Source of the DNA: a virus
Taxonomy: Duplodnaviria > Caudoviricetes
DNA length: 42,423 bases
IMG/VR virus record: IMGVR_UViG_3300020044_006480
Location: 1-42,423 of that record
Reading direction: 5' to 3' (one strand)
Part shown: piece by piece, positions 26,141 to 34,166 of the stretch
How positions within the stretch are numbered: position 1 is the stretch's first letter
Layout of the letters: every line of letters starts with the position of its first letter
Notes under the pieces: model-generated
The model's input: only the letters and a program-made list of their open reading frames with translations
The model's database searches: none
Told to the model about the DNA's origin: nothing
Position numbers and translations under genes: made by a program

Positions 26141-26679
26141 TGCAGCAGCTACCTATGCTCACGCAGCTTGAGGGTGATGAGCAGGGCGTCCTTCGGCGTC
26201 CGGGCAAGGTTCCGGTTCGCTGGTCTCCCAAGCCTGTCATCGAGGCGACCCTGCGCGGTCTGGCCGCCGAGTTCACTGGCCCGCAAGGTCCGACCGGTCC
26301 CGCTGGTCCCACAGGGCCGCAGGGTGCGAAGGGCGACAAGGGCGACCGCGGTAACGATGGGGCTGCTGGGCCGGTCGGTGCAACCGGGCCGAAAGGTGAT
26401 CGCGGAGCGCCGCGTCGTGTCGAGCGCTACACCGGCACGGTGACGGGCGGCAACGGCATGGCAACCGTCACCTTCCCAGCATTCGCGTCTCCCCCGATGG
26501 GTAAGGTCATCGACGGCTGGAATGGCGAGCAGCAGATCACAGGCATGGTGGTGTCCACGACGACCACGACGGCTTCTGTCGCGGTCCGCCGCTCTCGCGG
26601 TTCTTTGCTGCTATCAAACGGCCCCTACGAGATCGCCCCCGCCGGCTCCGTCGTCATGATCGAGCTGATCGGTGACTGA
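26140..26679 (+). CDS. Collagen-like fibre protein
   Basis: About 15 consecutive Gly-X-Y triplets (GPQGPTGPAGPTGPQGAKGDKGDRG...). Confidence 0.8.
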   Translation: MQQLPMLTQLEGDEQGVLRRPGKVPVRWSPKPVIEATLRGLAAEFTGPQGPTGPAGPTGPQGAKGDKGDRGNDGAAGPVGATGPKGDRGAPRRVERYTGTVTGGNGMATVTFPAFASPPMGKVIDGWNGEQQITGMVVSTTTTTASVAVRRSRGSLLLSNGPYEIAPAGSVVMIELIGD

Positions 26680-26951
26680 TGGAGCCCGATCACTGCACCG
26701 GGTGGTTTGAGGGCACTTGGGCCGCCTGCTGCGCGCAGCATGACATCGACTACGGCAATCCTGCCATCGACCGGCTGACCGCCGACCTCGACCTCGCCGC
26801 CTGCGTTGCCGCCCTCGGCGGGTGGCCCATGGCGATCCTCATGTTCTGCGGGGTGACGGCCTTCGGCTGGTACTTCCGACGACGAGCCTTCCGACAGAAC
26901 GCAACGACCACGGCGCCCATGAGGCGCCTTTTTCATGCCCGGAGCTTCCCC
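26679..26951 (+). CDS. Phospholipase A2-like domain, in frame with the downstream endolysin (no stop codon)
   Basis: TGATG-coupled start; DHCT...CCAQHDIDY...RLTADLDLAACV resembles the PLA2 CCxxHDxxY...D catalytic pattern; followed by a hydrophobic helix. Confidence 0.6.
26912..26933 (+). terminator. Terminator-like hairpin inside the PLA2-endolysin frame
   Basis: GGCGCC-CATGA-GGCGCC-TTTTT, followed by GGAG RBS at 26941. Confidence 0.55.
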
Positions 26952-27815
26952 ATGGATCTGCCCGCGTTCTTCAATGCCATTCGCACCAAGCCGTTCGGCG
27001 GTCATCTCAGCCAGGACGCAGTTCTGGGCATCAATGCCATCCTCCCGGCATGGGACGCCTATGGTGACGGCGACAAGCGCAAGCTGGCCTATATCCTCGC
27101 GACCGCCTTCCACGAGGCCGACCGCTTCCGCACAATGCGCGAATATGCCAGCGGCGAGGCCTACGAGGGCCGCCGTGATCTTGGCAACACGGTGAAGGGT
27201 GACGGTCGGCGTTATGCGGGCCGCGGCTTTGTGCAGATCACGGGGCGCCGCAACTACTCGGACTGGTCCGCGAGGCTTGGGCTGGATCTCATTGGCAATC
27301 CCGAGCTGGCAGAACAGCGGCCGATCGCAGCTCGCATCCTCGTTCAGGGCATGATGCTGGGCACCTTCACCGGCAAGGGTCTGCCCGACTACATCGGCGA
27401 CCGCGCCGACTACGTGAACGCTCGTCGCACCGTAAACGGCACCGACCGCGCCGAGATGATCGCTGGCTATGCGCGCCAGTTCGAGGCCGCGTTGGAAGCG
27501 GCAGAGCAGGTCACCGCTTCCGAGCCCATCATCATCGTGTCCCAGCCTTCGGAGCCCATCATGCCGACCGCACCGCAGCCCGTCCCGCCCGTCAACGACA
27601 AGCCGCTGTCGCCGGTAGAGCAATCCGGCAAGGCCGTTGGCGCGGGAAGCTGGACGGCTGTCGCGGGCGCGCTCTGGACTGTCCTTGTCGGCCTCGACGT
27701 TCTGCCGCGTGAGGTCAACACGCCCGAGGTTGCGACGGCTGTTCTCACGGTCGTCAGTGCGGTTGCCGCCGCGATCGGTGCGTATCGAGCCAAAGACAAG
27801 CGGCTGTCCGCGTAA
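26952..27815 (+). CDS. GH19 endolysin with Pro-rich linker and two C-terminal TM helices
   Basis: LAYILATAFHE, YAGRGFVQITGRRNY, ARRTVNG; C-terminus WTAVAGALWTVLVGL...VATAVLTVVSAVAAAIGAY. Confidence 0.9.
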   Translation: MDLPAFFNAIRTKPFGGHLSQDAVLGINAILPAWDAYGDGDKRKLAYILATAFHEADRFRTMREYASGEAYEGRRDLGNTVKGDGRRYAGRGFVQITGRRNYSDWSARLGLDLIGNPELAEQRPIAARILVQGMMLGTFTGKGLPDYIGDRADYVNARRTVNGTDRAEMIAGYARQFEAALEAAEQVTASEPIIIVSQPSEPIMPTAPQPVPPVNDKPLSPVEQSGKAVGAGSWTAVAGALWTVLVGLDVLPREVNTPEVATAVLTVVSAVAAAIGAYRAKDKRLSA

Positions 27816-27818
27816 CCA

Positions 27819-28091
27819 ATGCCGGACGCTTCGCTAGTCGACGCGAGTTCCGCTTTCATCAATGCCGACCCGATCCTCGGCAGTGTGGTCGTCGTCCTCA
27901 TGGTCGTCACGGCATGGGTGGCACGGCAGTGGCTCGCGGCCCTCAAATCCGTTGACGCTGAAAAGGACGCCCGCCTGGCCGACGCGAAAGAGTACGCGGC
28001 GAGCGGCGAGGCGATGCGCAACGCCATGCAATCCAACACGAGCGCTATCCAGTCCATCCTTGAGGTCGTGCGGGACAGGGGGCGGCCATGA
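27819..28091 (+). CDS. Single-TM plus coiled-coil protein (holin/lysis-associated candidate)
   Basis: ILGSVVVVLMVVTAWVA TM segment; directly after the endolysin. Confidence 0.65.
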   Translation: MPDASLVDASSAFINADPILGSVVVVLMVVTAWVARQWLAALKSVDAEKDARLADAKEYAASGEAMRNAMQSNTSAIQSILEVVRDRGRP

Positions 28092-28291
28092 GTGTCGCGT
28101 CAGTGGTCAAACGGATGCTTCGAGGGCAGGCCGCAACGCAGCGCACCATGGATCTGGATTCCGAACTGGAAGCCCAGAAGGCGATCATCCGCCAAAACAC
28201 GCAATGCATTCAGTCAGGCTCTCGGGTGATGGGAACGATGGCAGGCATGATGCGCATCATGACGGAGGCCGATCGTGAGTCGGATCAATAG
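28088..28291 (+). CDS. Small coiled-coil hypothetical protein
   Basis: ATGA coupling; helical sequence. Confidence 0.65.
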   Translation: MSVASVVKRMLRGQAATQRTMDLDSELEAQKAIIRQNTQCIQSGSRVMGTMAGMMRIMTEADRESDQ

Positions 28292-28982
28292 CAACCCGCT
28301 GCTGCTCTGGAGCGTCCTGACTTTTATCGTGTATTGGGTAGCGGGGGCAGTCGTCCCCGACCCTTACCTGTCCAGCGCTATGTCGCTGCTGCTGCTGATC
28401 TTCGGCGGCGTGACGTTCCTGCGCTTCGCACCCGACGCCTGGCAGATCCTCATCCACCGCCGCCGCAATGAGGCGGCACAAGACGGGGACGGCTCGCACC
28501 TCGCCGCGTATGGCGTCACGCTCTTGTCCGCCGGCTCCTGCTACGTTGGCTTGTTCGGTCTCCTCTGGGTCTATTTCGGGCAGCCCGGTGACTGGCTCGG
28601 TACGGTCTATTCCGGCTTCGGTCGCGGCATGATGGGTGCAGGCTTCGGCCTATTGTTCTTCTCGCCCGACGTTTCGCAGCGAGGGCTTCGCCTTCCCAGC
28701 GGCCTTTTGCTCCTGGGCATCGTTTCCGTCGCCATGACGGTCGTATTTCTTCTCGGCGTGCATTTCGGCCAGAAGGAAACGATGAGCGGCTGGCGGGGTA
28801 TGGAAGGAAGGCCGATTGCCGAGGACCGACCCGTGTGCGCGCCAGACAGGCCCGTGTGGGGTGCCGGGACTGCGGGCGTCTACCACACGCCGCGCAGCCC
28901 GTATCGACAGCTTGTCGTACCGTCTCGGTGCTTCAAGACCGAACGCGAGGCCCGCATGGCCGGCTTCCGCCCGCCGCGTTAG
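28275..28982 (+). CDS. Multi-TM membrane protein with a C-terminal YH.P.SPY...CF.TE.EA..AGFR domain
   Basis: GGAGG RBS; about 5 hydrophobic helices; C-domain resembles Ada-metal-binding-like/ExoI C-terminal motif. Confidence 0.75.
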   Translation: MSRINSNPLLLWSVLTFIVYWVAGAVVPDPYLSSAMSLLLLIFGGVTFLRFAPDAWQILIHRRRNEAAQDGDGSHLAAYGVTLLSAGSCYVGLFGLLWVYFGQPGDWLGTVYSGFGRGMMGAGFGLLFFSPDVSQRGLRLPSGLLLLGIVSVAMTVVFLLGVHFGQKETMSGWRGMEGRPIAEDRPVCAPDRPVWGAGTAGVYHTPRSPYRQLVVPSRCFKTEREARMAGFRPPR

Positions 28983-29000
28983 TCGCCCTTTACGCTACCA

Positions 29001-29039
29001 TCGCCCGCTGCTCCTCACGGGGTGGCGGGCGACCTTTTT
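29001..29039 (+). terminator. Intrinsic terminator ending the late operon
   Basis: TCGCCCGCTGCTCC-TCAC-GGGGTGGCGGGCGA followed by CCTTTTT. Confidence 0.8.
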
Positions 29040-29044
29040 GCGTT

Positions 29045-29278
29045 TCAGGAGAACGTCCCTTCCCGATACCCAAGCTGGCAGATTTCATACAGGCTGACGG
29101 TGTTGGCCCGCTTGCAGCCCTCCGCATCGGCGAGCCTGCGCAAGAGGGACGGACAGTCCGCATTTCCGACACGGTCGATCAGAGCGCGCCGGTCGTAGCG
29201 TCGAGTTAGGCCGCATTCGCACTGGACCTCGACCTTCTCCGTTGTGAGGTCGGCAAGGCGTTTGGAGCCGTAGGTCAC
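29045..29278 (-). CDS. Small Cys-containing hypothetical protein
   Basis: GTG start overlapping the upstream stop; VQCECG..RRYD...C...C pattern. Confidence 0.6.
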   Translation of the reverse strand: MTYGSKRLADLTTEKVEVQCECGLTRRYDRRALIDRVGNADCPSLLRRLADAEGCKRANTVSLYEICQLGYREGTFS

Positions 29279-29505
29279 TGCCGCCTCTGCGCCTTCACGA
29301 TCGCCGCATCCGTCTCCGCGTTGGCCTGCAGCGCCATTACCTGTGCCTTGGCGAGGTTGAGGAGAGCGGCCGCGATTGTAGCTGGCTCCCATCCGGCCAG
29401 GGCCGCATCACGCTCGACCGCGGCGAGGGCGTCCTCCAGCGCTTCCTCGCAATCCTTGATGTGGTCCGGGTGGTCAGGGGTGCTGCGGGGAGGGCGGATG
29501 GTCAT
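29275..29505 (-). CDS. Hypothetical protein
   Basis: DCEEALE...A..AGW....AAAL motif; helical. Confidence 0.7.
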   Translation of the reverse strand: MTIRPPRSTPDHPDHIKDCEEALEDALAAVERDAALAGWEPATIAAALLNLAKAQVMALQANAETDAAIVKAQRRQ

Positions 29506-29536
29506 GAGCGGCAGTTATCAAGGAATCCTTGAACAC

Positions 29537-29629
29537 TCACAACCACCCCAGCATCCCCGCCACGATCACCGCCGCAAGCACGACGGCGACGATCTTCCAG
29601 TAGGCGGGAGAGTATGGGCTGGGGCGCAT
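29537..29629 (-). CDS. 30-aa single-TM peptide MRPSPYSPAYWKIVAVVLAAVIVAGMLGWL
   Basis: Hand translation; clean TM helix; fills the gap between genes. Confidence 0.5.
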   Translation of the reverse strand: MRPSPYSPAYWKIVAVVLAAVIVAGMLGWL

Positions 29630-29670
29630 GTGCAGGGTTCCGCCAAACTCGCATCAAACAGATCGAATGC

Positions 29671-29937
29671 CTACTGTTGGCCCTGACGGGGTAGCATCTT
29701 CATAGCCCTGACGAACTCGGCCATGTCCACAGCTTCGCGCGTCATATGGGCCTCCGCGCCGATAAGCAGCCGTTCGATGACCGCGCGGTCGCCGTCAGAG
29801 ACACGAGCGATGGCCCGCCCTAAACCTGTTGCCAACGCCTCGATAAGTTCGGCCGAAGCGTCTGCATCGCCTACCGCTCGTTTTGATGCTGGCATGACGA
29901 GGTTCATGATCCCGTCGAAGACGGCTTCACCGTCCAT
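29671..29937 (-). CDS. Hypothetical protein
   Basis: GGAGG RBS before MDGEAVF. Confidence 0.65.
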   Translation of the reverse strand: MDGEAVFDGIMNLVMPASKRAVGDADASAELIEALATGLGRAIARVSDGDRAVIERLLIGAEAHMTREAVDMAEFVRAMKMLPRQGQQ

Positions 29938-30112
29938 CGCCAGCCTCCAGCGCTTGCAGCCGGTCGTCGGGGTGCGCCATGTTGTGGAACAGCCAATCGT
30001 GTTCTGCCCAATGCACGCAACACGCACAGCCGGGCTCATAGTCCGAACAGCGCGGACCCCAGACGCGGTTGATGTAGAGCCACGACAGGAAGCGGTTCAG
30101 AGCCTCACCCAT
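29927..30112 (-). CDS. Small Cys-rich hypothetical protein
   Basis: WGPRCSDYEPGCACC motif; overlapping-gene coupling. Confidence 0.65.
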   Translation of the reverse strand: MGEALNRFLSWLYINRVWGPRCSDYEPGCACCVHWAEHDWLFHNMAHPDDRLQALEAGDGR

Positions 30113-30383
30113 CCTTCTGCTCCTGCGCTAGTGCCGCTCGGCCGAGGTCGGTTATCTCGAATTCCACCCAAGGGTATTGCCCGCCGACGTCACGCATCCA
30201 CCCTCGTCCGGTAAGGGCGGAGAATGCTCGTGCGATTGGCTGTGTCTCGGCCGCTTCGAAGACGCTGAACCTGCCTTTCGGGGCTAGCGCGCGTAGGAGG
30301 TACAGCGGGTCTCGCTTGGCTCGTTGCGAGAGATTGTCCAGTTCCGAGAAGCTGTCGATAAATGCGGGACCGTTAGCTGTCAT
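30105..30383 (-). CDS. Hypothetical protein, winged-helix-like C-terminus
   Basis: L..RGW......FEITDLGRAAL. Confidence 0.6.
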   Translation of the reverse strand: MTANGPAFIDSFSELDNLSQRAKRDPLYLLRALAPKGRFSVFEAAETQPIARAFSALTGRGWMRDVGGQYPWVEFEITDLGRAALAQEQKDG

Positions 30384-30549
30384 CGCTCACCTGTTCTTCA
30401 GCCCGGGCGAATGAACGGACTTCGTAACATTTCACTGAGCCAATCAAATTCTCCCGGTAAGCGCGCTCGCTGGATGGATACCAGGCAGACCAAAGCTTCA
30501 AGGCTATATTGTAGTGTCGCTGTTCGTATCGCACCTCAACCACGGCCAT
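30373..30549 (-). CDS. Hypothetical protein, 58 aa (MAVVEVRYEQRHYNIALKLWSAW...)
   Basis: Hand translation; GGAG RBS; overlaps both neighbours. Confidence 0.55.
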   Translation of the reverse strand: MAVVEVRYEQRHYNIALKLWSAWYPSSERAYRENLIGSVKCYEVRSFARAEEQVSDDS

Positions 30550-30793
30550 TCTCCATTGCGCCGGCGGGGAGGGTGGAGGTGTCAGTCGAGATGACGAGCA
30601 TGAGGCTCTGCGTGGTCGGCTCGCTATCGAACTCGCGATAATAGCCGCCGCGACATGGTGCGAATTCGCCCCGGTGAGCCGTCACGACGAGCTGTCCATT
30701 CTTGATGCCGGACAAGGCCAGCTTCTCGAACTCGGTCTCAGGGGTAAAGACGATCTGGGCTTTGTCGCCGTCGATGAGGATCTGCGTCTTCAT
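30536..30793 (-). CDS. Hypothetical protein
   Basis: QIVFTPETEFEKLAL motif; purine-rich RBS. Confidence 0.7.
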   Translation of the reverse strand: MKTQILIDGDKAQIVFTPETEFEKLALSGIKNGQLVVTAHRGEFAPCRGGYYREFDSEPTTQSLMLVISTDTSTLPAGAMENGRG

Positions 30794-30838
30794 GCCCCCA
30801 TCCTCCGGCTGGCGGGGACGGAACGGAGGGCCGGTTTC

Positions 30839-31011
30839 GGTGCGGGCCTTGCGTCCAAATACTCAATCGTATCAAAGGGGGCTAATTCCCCGCACCTTGG
30901 CCGCAAAGCCTTATTCTGCAGGAGTTGTGTCAAATCTGCCGGGGTCGCCATACAGCCTCCAAAGCCCTTATTTTGTCGATAGGTGCGGGGGAACAGATTG
31001 CAGGTGCGGGG
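30839..31011. other. attP region: core resembling a tRNA 3' end (CTGCCGGGGTCGCCA, 30936-30950) flanked by arm-type repeats
   Basis: TCAAATCTGCCGGGGTCGCCA resembles T-arm/acceptor/CCA; AGGTGCGGGG at 30981 and 31002, inverted copy at 30888-30897, partial copy at 30839; lies at the integrase 3' end. Confidence 0.75.
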
Positions 31012-32041
31012 ATAGACTGTTCACGTTCAGTCCTTCCGAGGCCTTCGCGGCCATCGTCCTGGCGTCCGCTCGCTTCGTATAATGCGAGGCCATCGCGTCC
31101 GATCCCCAGCCGAAATATGCCTTCAACTGGTGCGTCGTCCCGCCGCCTTCGGCCATGATTGTCGCGATTCGCTTCCGAAGCCCGTGCGCACGGACAGGAA
31201 GGCCGGCGGCGGTGCACCAATCCCCGAACGTGTTGCCGAAGCTGGCCGCGCTACCCCATGGCTCTCCGCGGCTGGTGCATAGAAGCGCGAGATCGGCAGT
31301 CTGGGTGGCCGCGATCGAAGCCGCGAGTTGCGGCAGCACGGGAATGTAGAGAGGCGCGCTCGTCTTGGTCCGGCGGAACTCGATCACGCCCTCTCGGATG
31401 TGCTGGCGCCCGACCTTGATCGCATCGGCCCGCGCGAGGCCGGTGAAGAGCATGAGATCCATGGCGAGGCGTTCGCGCGTCCCTACCGGATAGGCTTCGC
31501 AGTAGGCGATGATGTGCTCGTCGGTCCACGGCTGGAAGCCTTCGGTCTTCGCCACGGGGCGCTTTACATCCTTCGCCGGGTTCGTTGGCATCAGTCCGGC
31601 ATCCACCGCCCAATCGAACAACTGCGACATGGTCTTCAAGAACGTGATCGCGGCGAACGGGGTCTTGGCTCGACGGTCTCTGCCGGACGCAATGACGCGC
31701 CGATCGATCTGCGACAGCTTTAGGTCGCCGCCGGTCGCCACGACCTGCTTCAGCACATTCGAGCGCATCCGCTGCGTTGAGGGCGCAAGTGTGAGGAATG
31801 GCGAGCTTTCCTCGTAGCGCTTCACCAGCCAGCGGAGGGTGCCGGTTGCTGGCTTGTCTGCCGCCTGCAGCTTCTCGCCCGTCAGCGCCGCCGCATAGGC
31901 CGCGTTGAAGGCTTCCGAGCCATAGTCGTCCGGTAGCCGGATGCGTGGGCCGTCGTTGCGCCGGAAATACCAGACGAACTTGCCGTGCCTGGTCTTCTCG
32001 CGGTGGACGAACTGGGGGCGGGGGCGAGGCATCGGGTCCAT
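30968..32041 (-). CDS. int: Tyrosine recombinase integrase
   Basis: TGLARAD (R), HGLRK (HxxR) and HYT (Y) catalytic motifs. Confidence 0.95.
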   Translation of the reverse strand: MDPMPRPRPQFVHREKTRHGKFVWYFRRNDGPRIRLPDDYGSEAFNAAYAAALTGEKLQAADKPATGTLRWLVKRYEESSPFLTLAPSTQRMRSNVLKQVVATGGDLKLSQIDRRVIASGRDRRAKTPFAAITFLKTMSQLFDWAVDAGLMPTNPAKDVKRPVAKTEGFQPWTDEHIIAYCEAYPVGTRERLAMDLMLFTGLARADAIKVGRQHIREGVIEFRRTKTSAPLYIPVLPQLAASIAATQTADLALLCTSRGEPWGSAASFGNTFGDWCTAAGLPVRAHGLRKRIATIMAEGGGTTHQLKAYFGWGSDAMASHYTKRADARTMAAKASEGLNVNSLSPHLQSVPPHLSTK

Positions 32042-32217
32042 CAGAGATAGCCCTTCGGCTCCCTGTCAATCGCCGAACTGGTGTCGGGCTTATTAGCCGG
32101 GACGAAGCGAACGACCCCGCGCTCGGCCTTGATCTCCAGATGCACCCCCGCGGCTGCCGCCCCCTTGAGGATGGCAGTCACTTGACGCTGGGTGATCGAA
32201 AGCGGCTGTGCGCCCAT
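32041..32217 (-). CDS. Putative excisionase / recombination directionality factor (58 aa)
   Basis: Hand translation MGAQPLSITQRQVTAILKGAAAAGVHLEIK...; TGATG-coupled to int. Confidence 0.6.
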   Translation of the reverse strand: MGAQPLSITQRQVTAILKGAAAAGVHLEIKAERGVVRFVPANKPDTSSAIDREPKGYL

Positions 32218-32387
32218 CACGCCCCCTTCCGCTCGGCCGCGAGCTGCACGAGCCGGTTCTCGGCTACGACGACGGCGAACTGCTCAGGATCGCGCTCGTA
32301 GAGGTCGAGCAGCCTGTTACGCTCGGCTTGTTCACCGGCCTTGTAGGCAGCGGCCCGGCGGCGTTTTGCGTCTCCTGGCGTGGCCAT
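32217..32387 (-). CDS. Hypothetical protein, 56 aa
   Basis: Hand translation MATPGDAKRRRAAAYKAGEQAERNRLLDLY...; coupled at both ends. Confidence 0.6.
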   Translation of the reverse strand: MATPGDAKRRRAAAYKAGEQAERNRLLDLYERDPEQFAVVVAENRLVQLAAERKGA

Positions 32388-32795
32388 CTACCCGTCTCCC
32401 TTCGCAGAAGCAGGCGGGGCGGGGATCGTCCACTTGTCGGCGTCTTCGCCGGTAATCCGCTCCCGAGCGATCAGCAGCCCGCTTTTGAAGGCTTGGTTGA
32501 TGTGCCGTTGATCAAAGCGGCGTCGATCCCTCCAATCGGGCACGATGTTGGCGCGGACGTAGTCGATGTGCGCCAGGCACTCTTCCACCGCCTCCGCTCT
32601 CGCAGAGGCAAGGGCGGCTTCGAGGGCTTCGATGCGGTCGGCGGCTTCGCGGAGCCATTCGACGGGGACTTCTACGTGCCAGTCGTCGAGATCGGGACGC
32701 TCACCCGTATGCTGCGCGTCAGCGATGGCGTCCGCCATGTCGTCATCGGCGTTTGCGACCGACGCTCGAAGGTTGGCAATCAGCTCCGCGCTCAT
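32388..32795 (-). CDS. Hypothetical modular early protein
   Basis: LREAADRIEALEAAL...RAEAVEEC coiled-coil motif. Confidence 0.75.
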   Translation of the reverse strand: MSAELIANLRASVANADDDMADAIADAQHTGERPDLDDWHVEVPVEWLREAADRIEALEAALASARAEAVEECLAHIDYVRANIVPDWRDRRRFDQRHINQAFKSGLLIARERITGEDADKWTIPAPPASAKGDG

Positions 32796-33619
32796 ACCTC
32801 GCCTCCCTTGCGCAAGAGGGCGCGGTCCGCCTTCGCGTCAGCATGAGCCTTGTTGAGATGGGCCATCCAAGGCCAGCCGACTCCAGGCTCAAAGGTGAAG
32901 TGCACTCGGAAGCCGCTGCCGTAATCGGCGTAGACGTCTGTCGCTGTGAGAAGGCCGTCGAAGATGGCCGCTTTCTCCTCCATCGCCTCCCGCCGCACCC
33001 GCTCGTCATCCGCCTCGGGCCGAGCCGGGGTGGCCTCGCTGGCGGCAGGAACGACGCCCTTGCCGTCGCAGTCGTCGCATAGAAGGGACGGCTGGCCGAC
33101 CGGACATGTCTCGTCCTGCTGAACCGTCGTGCAGTGGCAGGGTGCGAGAGCCGGGGTGGTCTCGCGCGGGGAGAGGGCGGCGGAAAGCCTGTCATTGAGA
33201 TCGCGTTGAGCCGCGTCCTTCGCTTCTCTAAGCGTCGGGAAATACCCAACGTGACGAGACGCCCCGCGCTCGGTGAATGTGCCCACGCCCCATGTGCGGT
33301 TTGTCTGCCCGACGTGATAGTATCCGCCAAACCAGAAGCCCGTATGCTCTCGCGGTTCGCCTATTGAGGGATCGGCCTTCTCGACCTCCCATTTGAGCTG
33401 CAGTCCTTCCGCACCCTCCATCGCCTCGGCCTCGCCCTGATCGGAGCGTGCGGCGCGGGTGTTCCATAGGTTGACTGCGTCTTCCCGCGAAAGGTTCTGC
33501 TCGTAATCTTGAACGACATCGCAGTCGTTGCATTGGCAGAAGAAATGCGAGTCGTATCCTGCCATATCTACGGATATGTCATCGCCCCCACAGAACGGGC
33601 AACTCAAGAGGTCAACCAT
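32792..33619 (-). CDS. lar: Lar-family restriction-alleviation domain fused to further modules
   Basis: GGAGG RBS; CPFCGG...CNDC...EDAVNLWNTRA. Confidence 0.75.
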   Translation of the reverse strand: MVDLLSCPFCGGDDISVDMAGYDSHFFCQCNDCDVVQDYEQNLSREDAVNLWNTRAARSDQGEAEAMEGAEGLQLKWEVEKADPSIGEPREHTGFWFGGYYHVGQTNRTWGVGTFTERGASRHVGYFPTLREAKDAAQRDLNDRLSAALSPRETTPALAPCHCTTVQQDETCPVGQPSLLCDDCDGKGVVPAASEATPARPEADDERVRREAMEEKAAIFDGLLTATDVYADYGSGFRVHFTFEPGVGWPWMAHLNKAHADAKADRALLRKGGEV

Positions 33620-34166
33620 GCTTGCCTCCGTAGATCTGGTGCGCGAGCTTCGACGCGTCTTTCCAAGATCGCCCTGCCACGATTTCACGAGGCAGGCTTT
33701 CGCTGCATTCAAAGCGTTCGCTGATTGATTTTGAGGTCTCGCCTCGCAGGCGAGCCAGGGCAACTTCCACCGCCTTAGGGAAAGTCATCTTTGCGTTGCG
33801 TCGGTTCCTGGCTTGCTCCACCGGAGTAGCCCACCGGCAGTTTGCGGGCTCGTAGTTTCCGTCGTTGTCGATGCGGTCGAGTGTTGTCCCCTCGGGGCGC
33901 TCGCCCATGTCTTCGAGAAAGAGGTCAAACGACTGCCACCGGTCACAAACCGATATGCCCCGTCCGATGTGCTTCTGTTCCTCGTCTCTGTCGAGATAGC
34001 GACATCGAGCAAGCATGGCCTGCCACGAGTGGTAGGTCGGCGTGTAAGCTCTTCCGATAGTGTGGCCGTGGCGGCGATGCGCTAAAGATCGGTTCTCGTA
34101 TTCAGTTCGGCACGGCTCCAGCTTGCGCACGTCGGCGGGTGCGCTCGTGTTCTCGGGAGCGGTCAT
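33612..34166 (-). CDS. HNH-type homing endonuclease
   Basis: TYHSWQAMLARC...GRGISVCDRWQSF..FLEDMGERP.G.TLDRIDNDGNYEPANCRWAT..EQ..N. Confidence 0.88.
   Translation of the reverse strand: MTAPENTSAPADVRKLEPCRTEYENRSLAHRRHGHTIGRAYTPTYHSWQAMLARCRYLDRDEEQKHIGRGISVCDRWQSFDLFLEDMGERPEGTTLDRIDNDGNYEPANCRWATPVEQARNRRNAKMTFPKAVEVALARLRGETSKSISERFECSESLPREIVAGRSWKDASKLAHQIYGGKHG

Noticed and set aside
30930-30950. tRNA gene
   Set aside because: Only a 3'-end fragment; no D-arm or anticodon arm upstream, so interpreted as the att core
33600-34110. Group I intron carrying the HNH within lar
   Set aside because: The interval is entirely coding with no room for a ribozyme core, and lar has its own RBS and ATG
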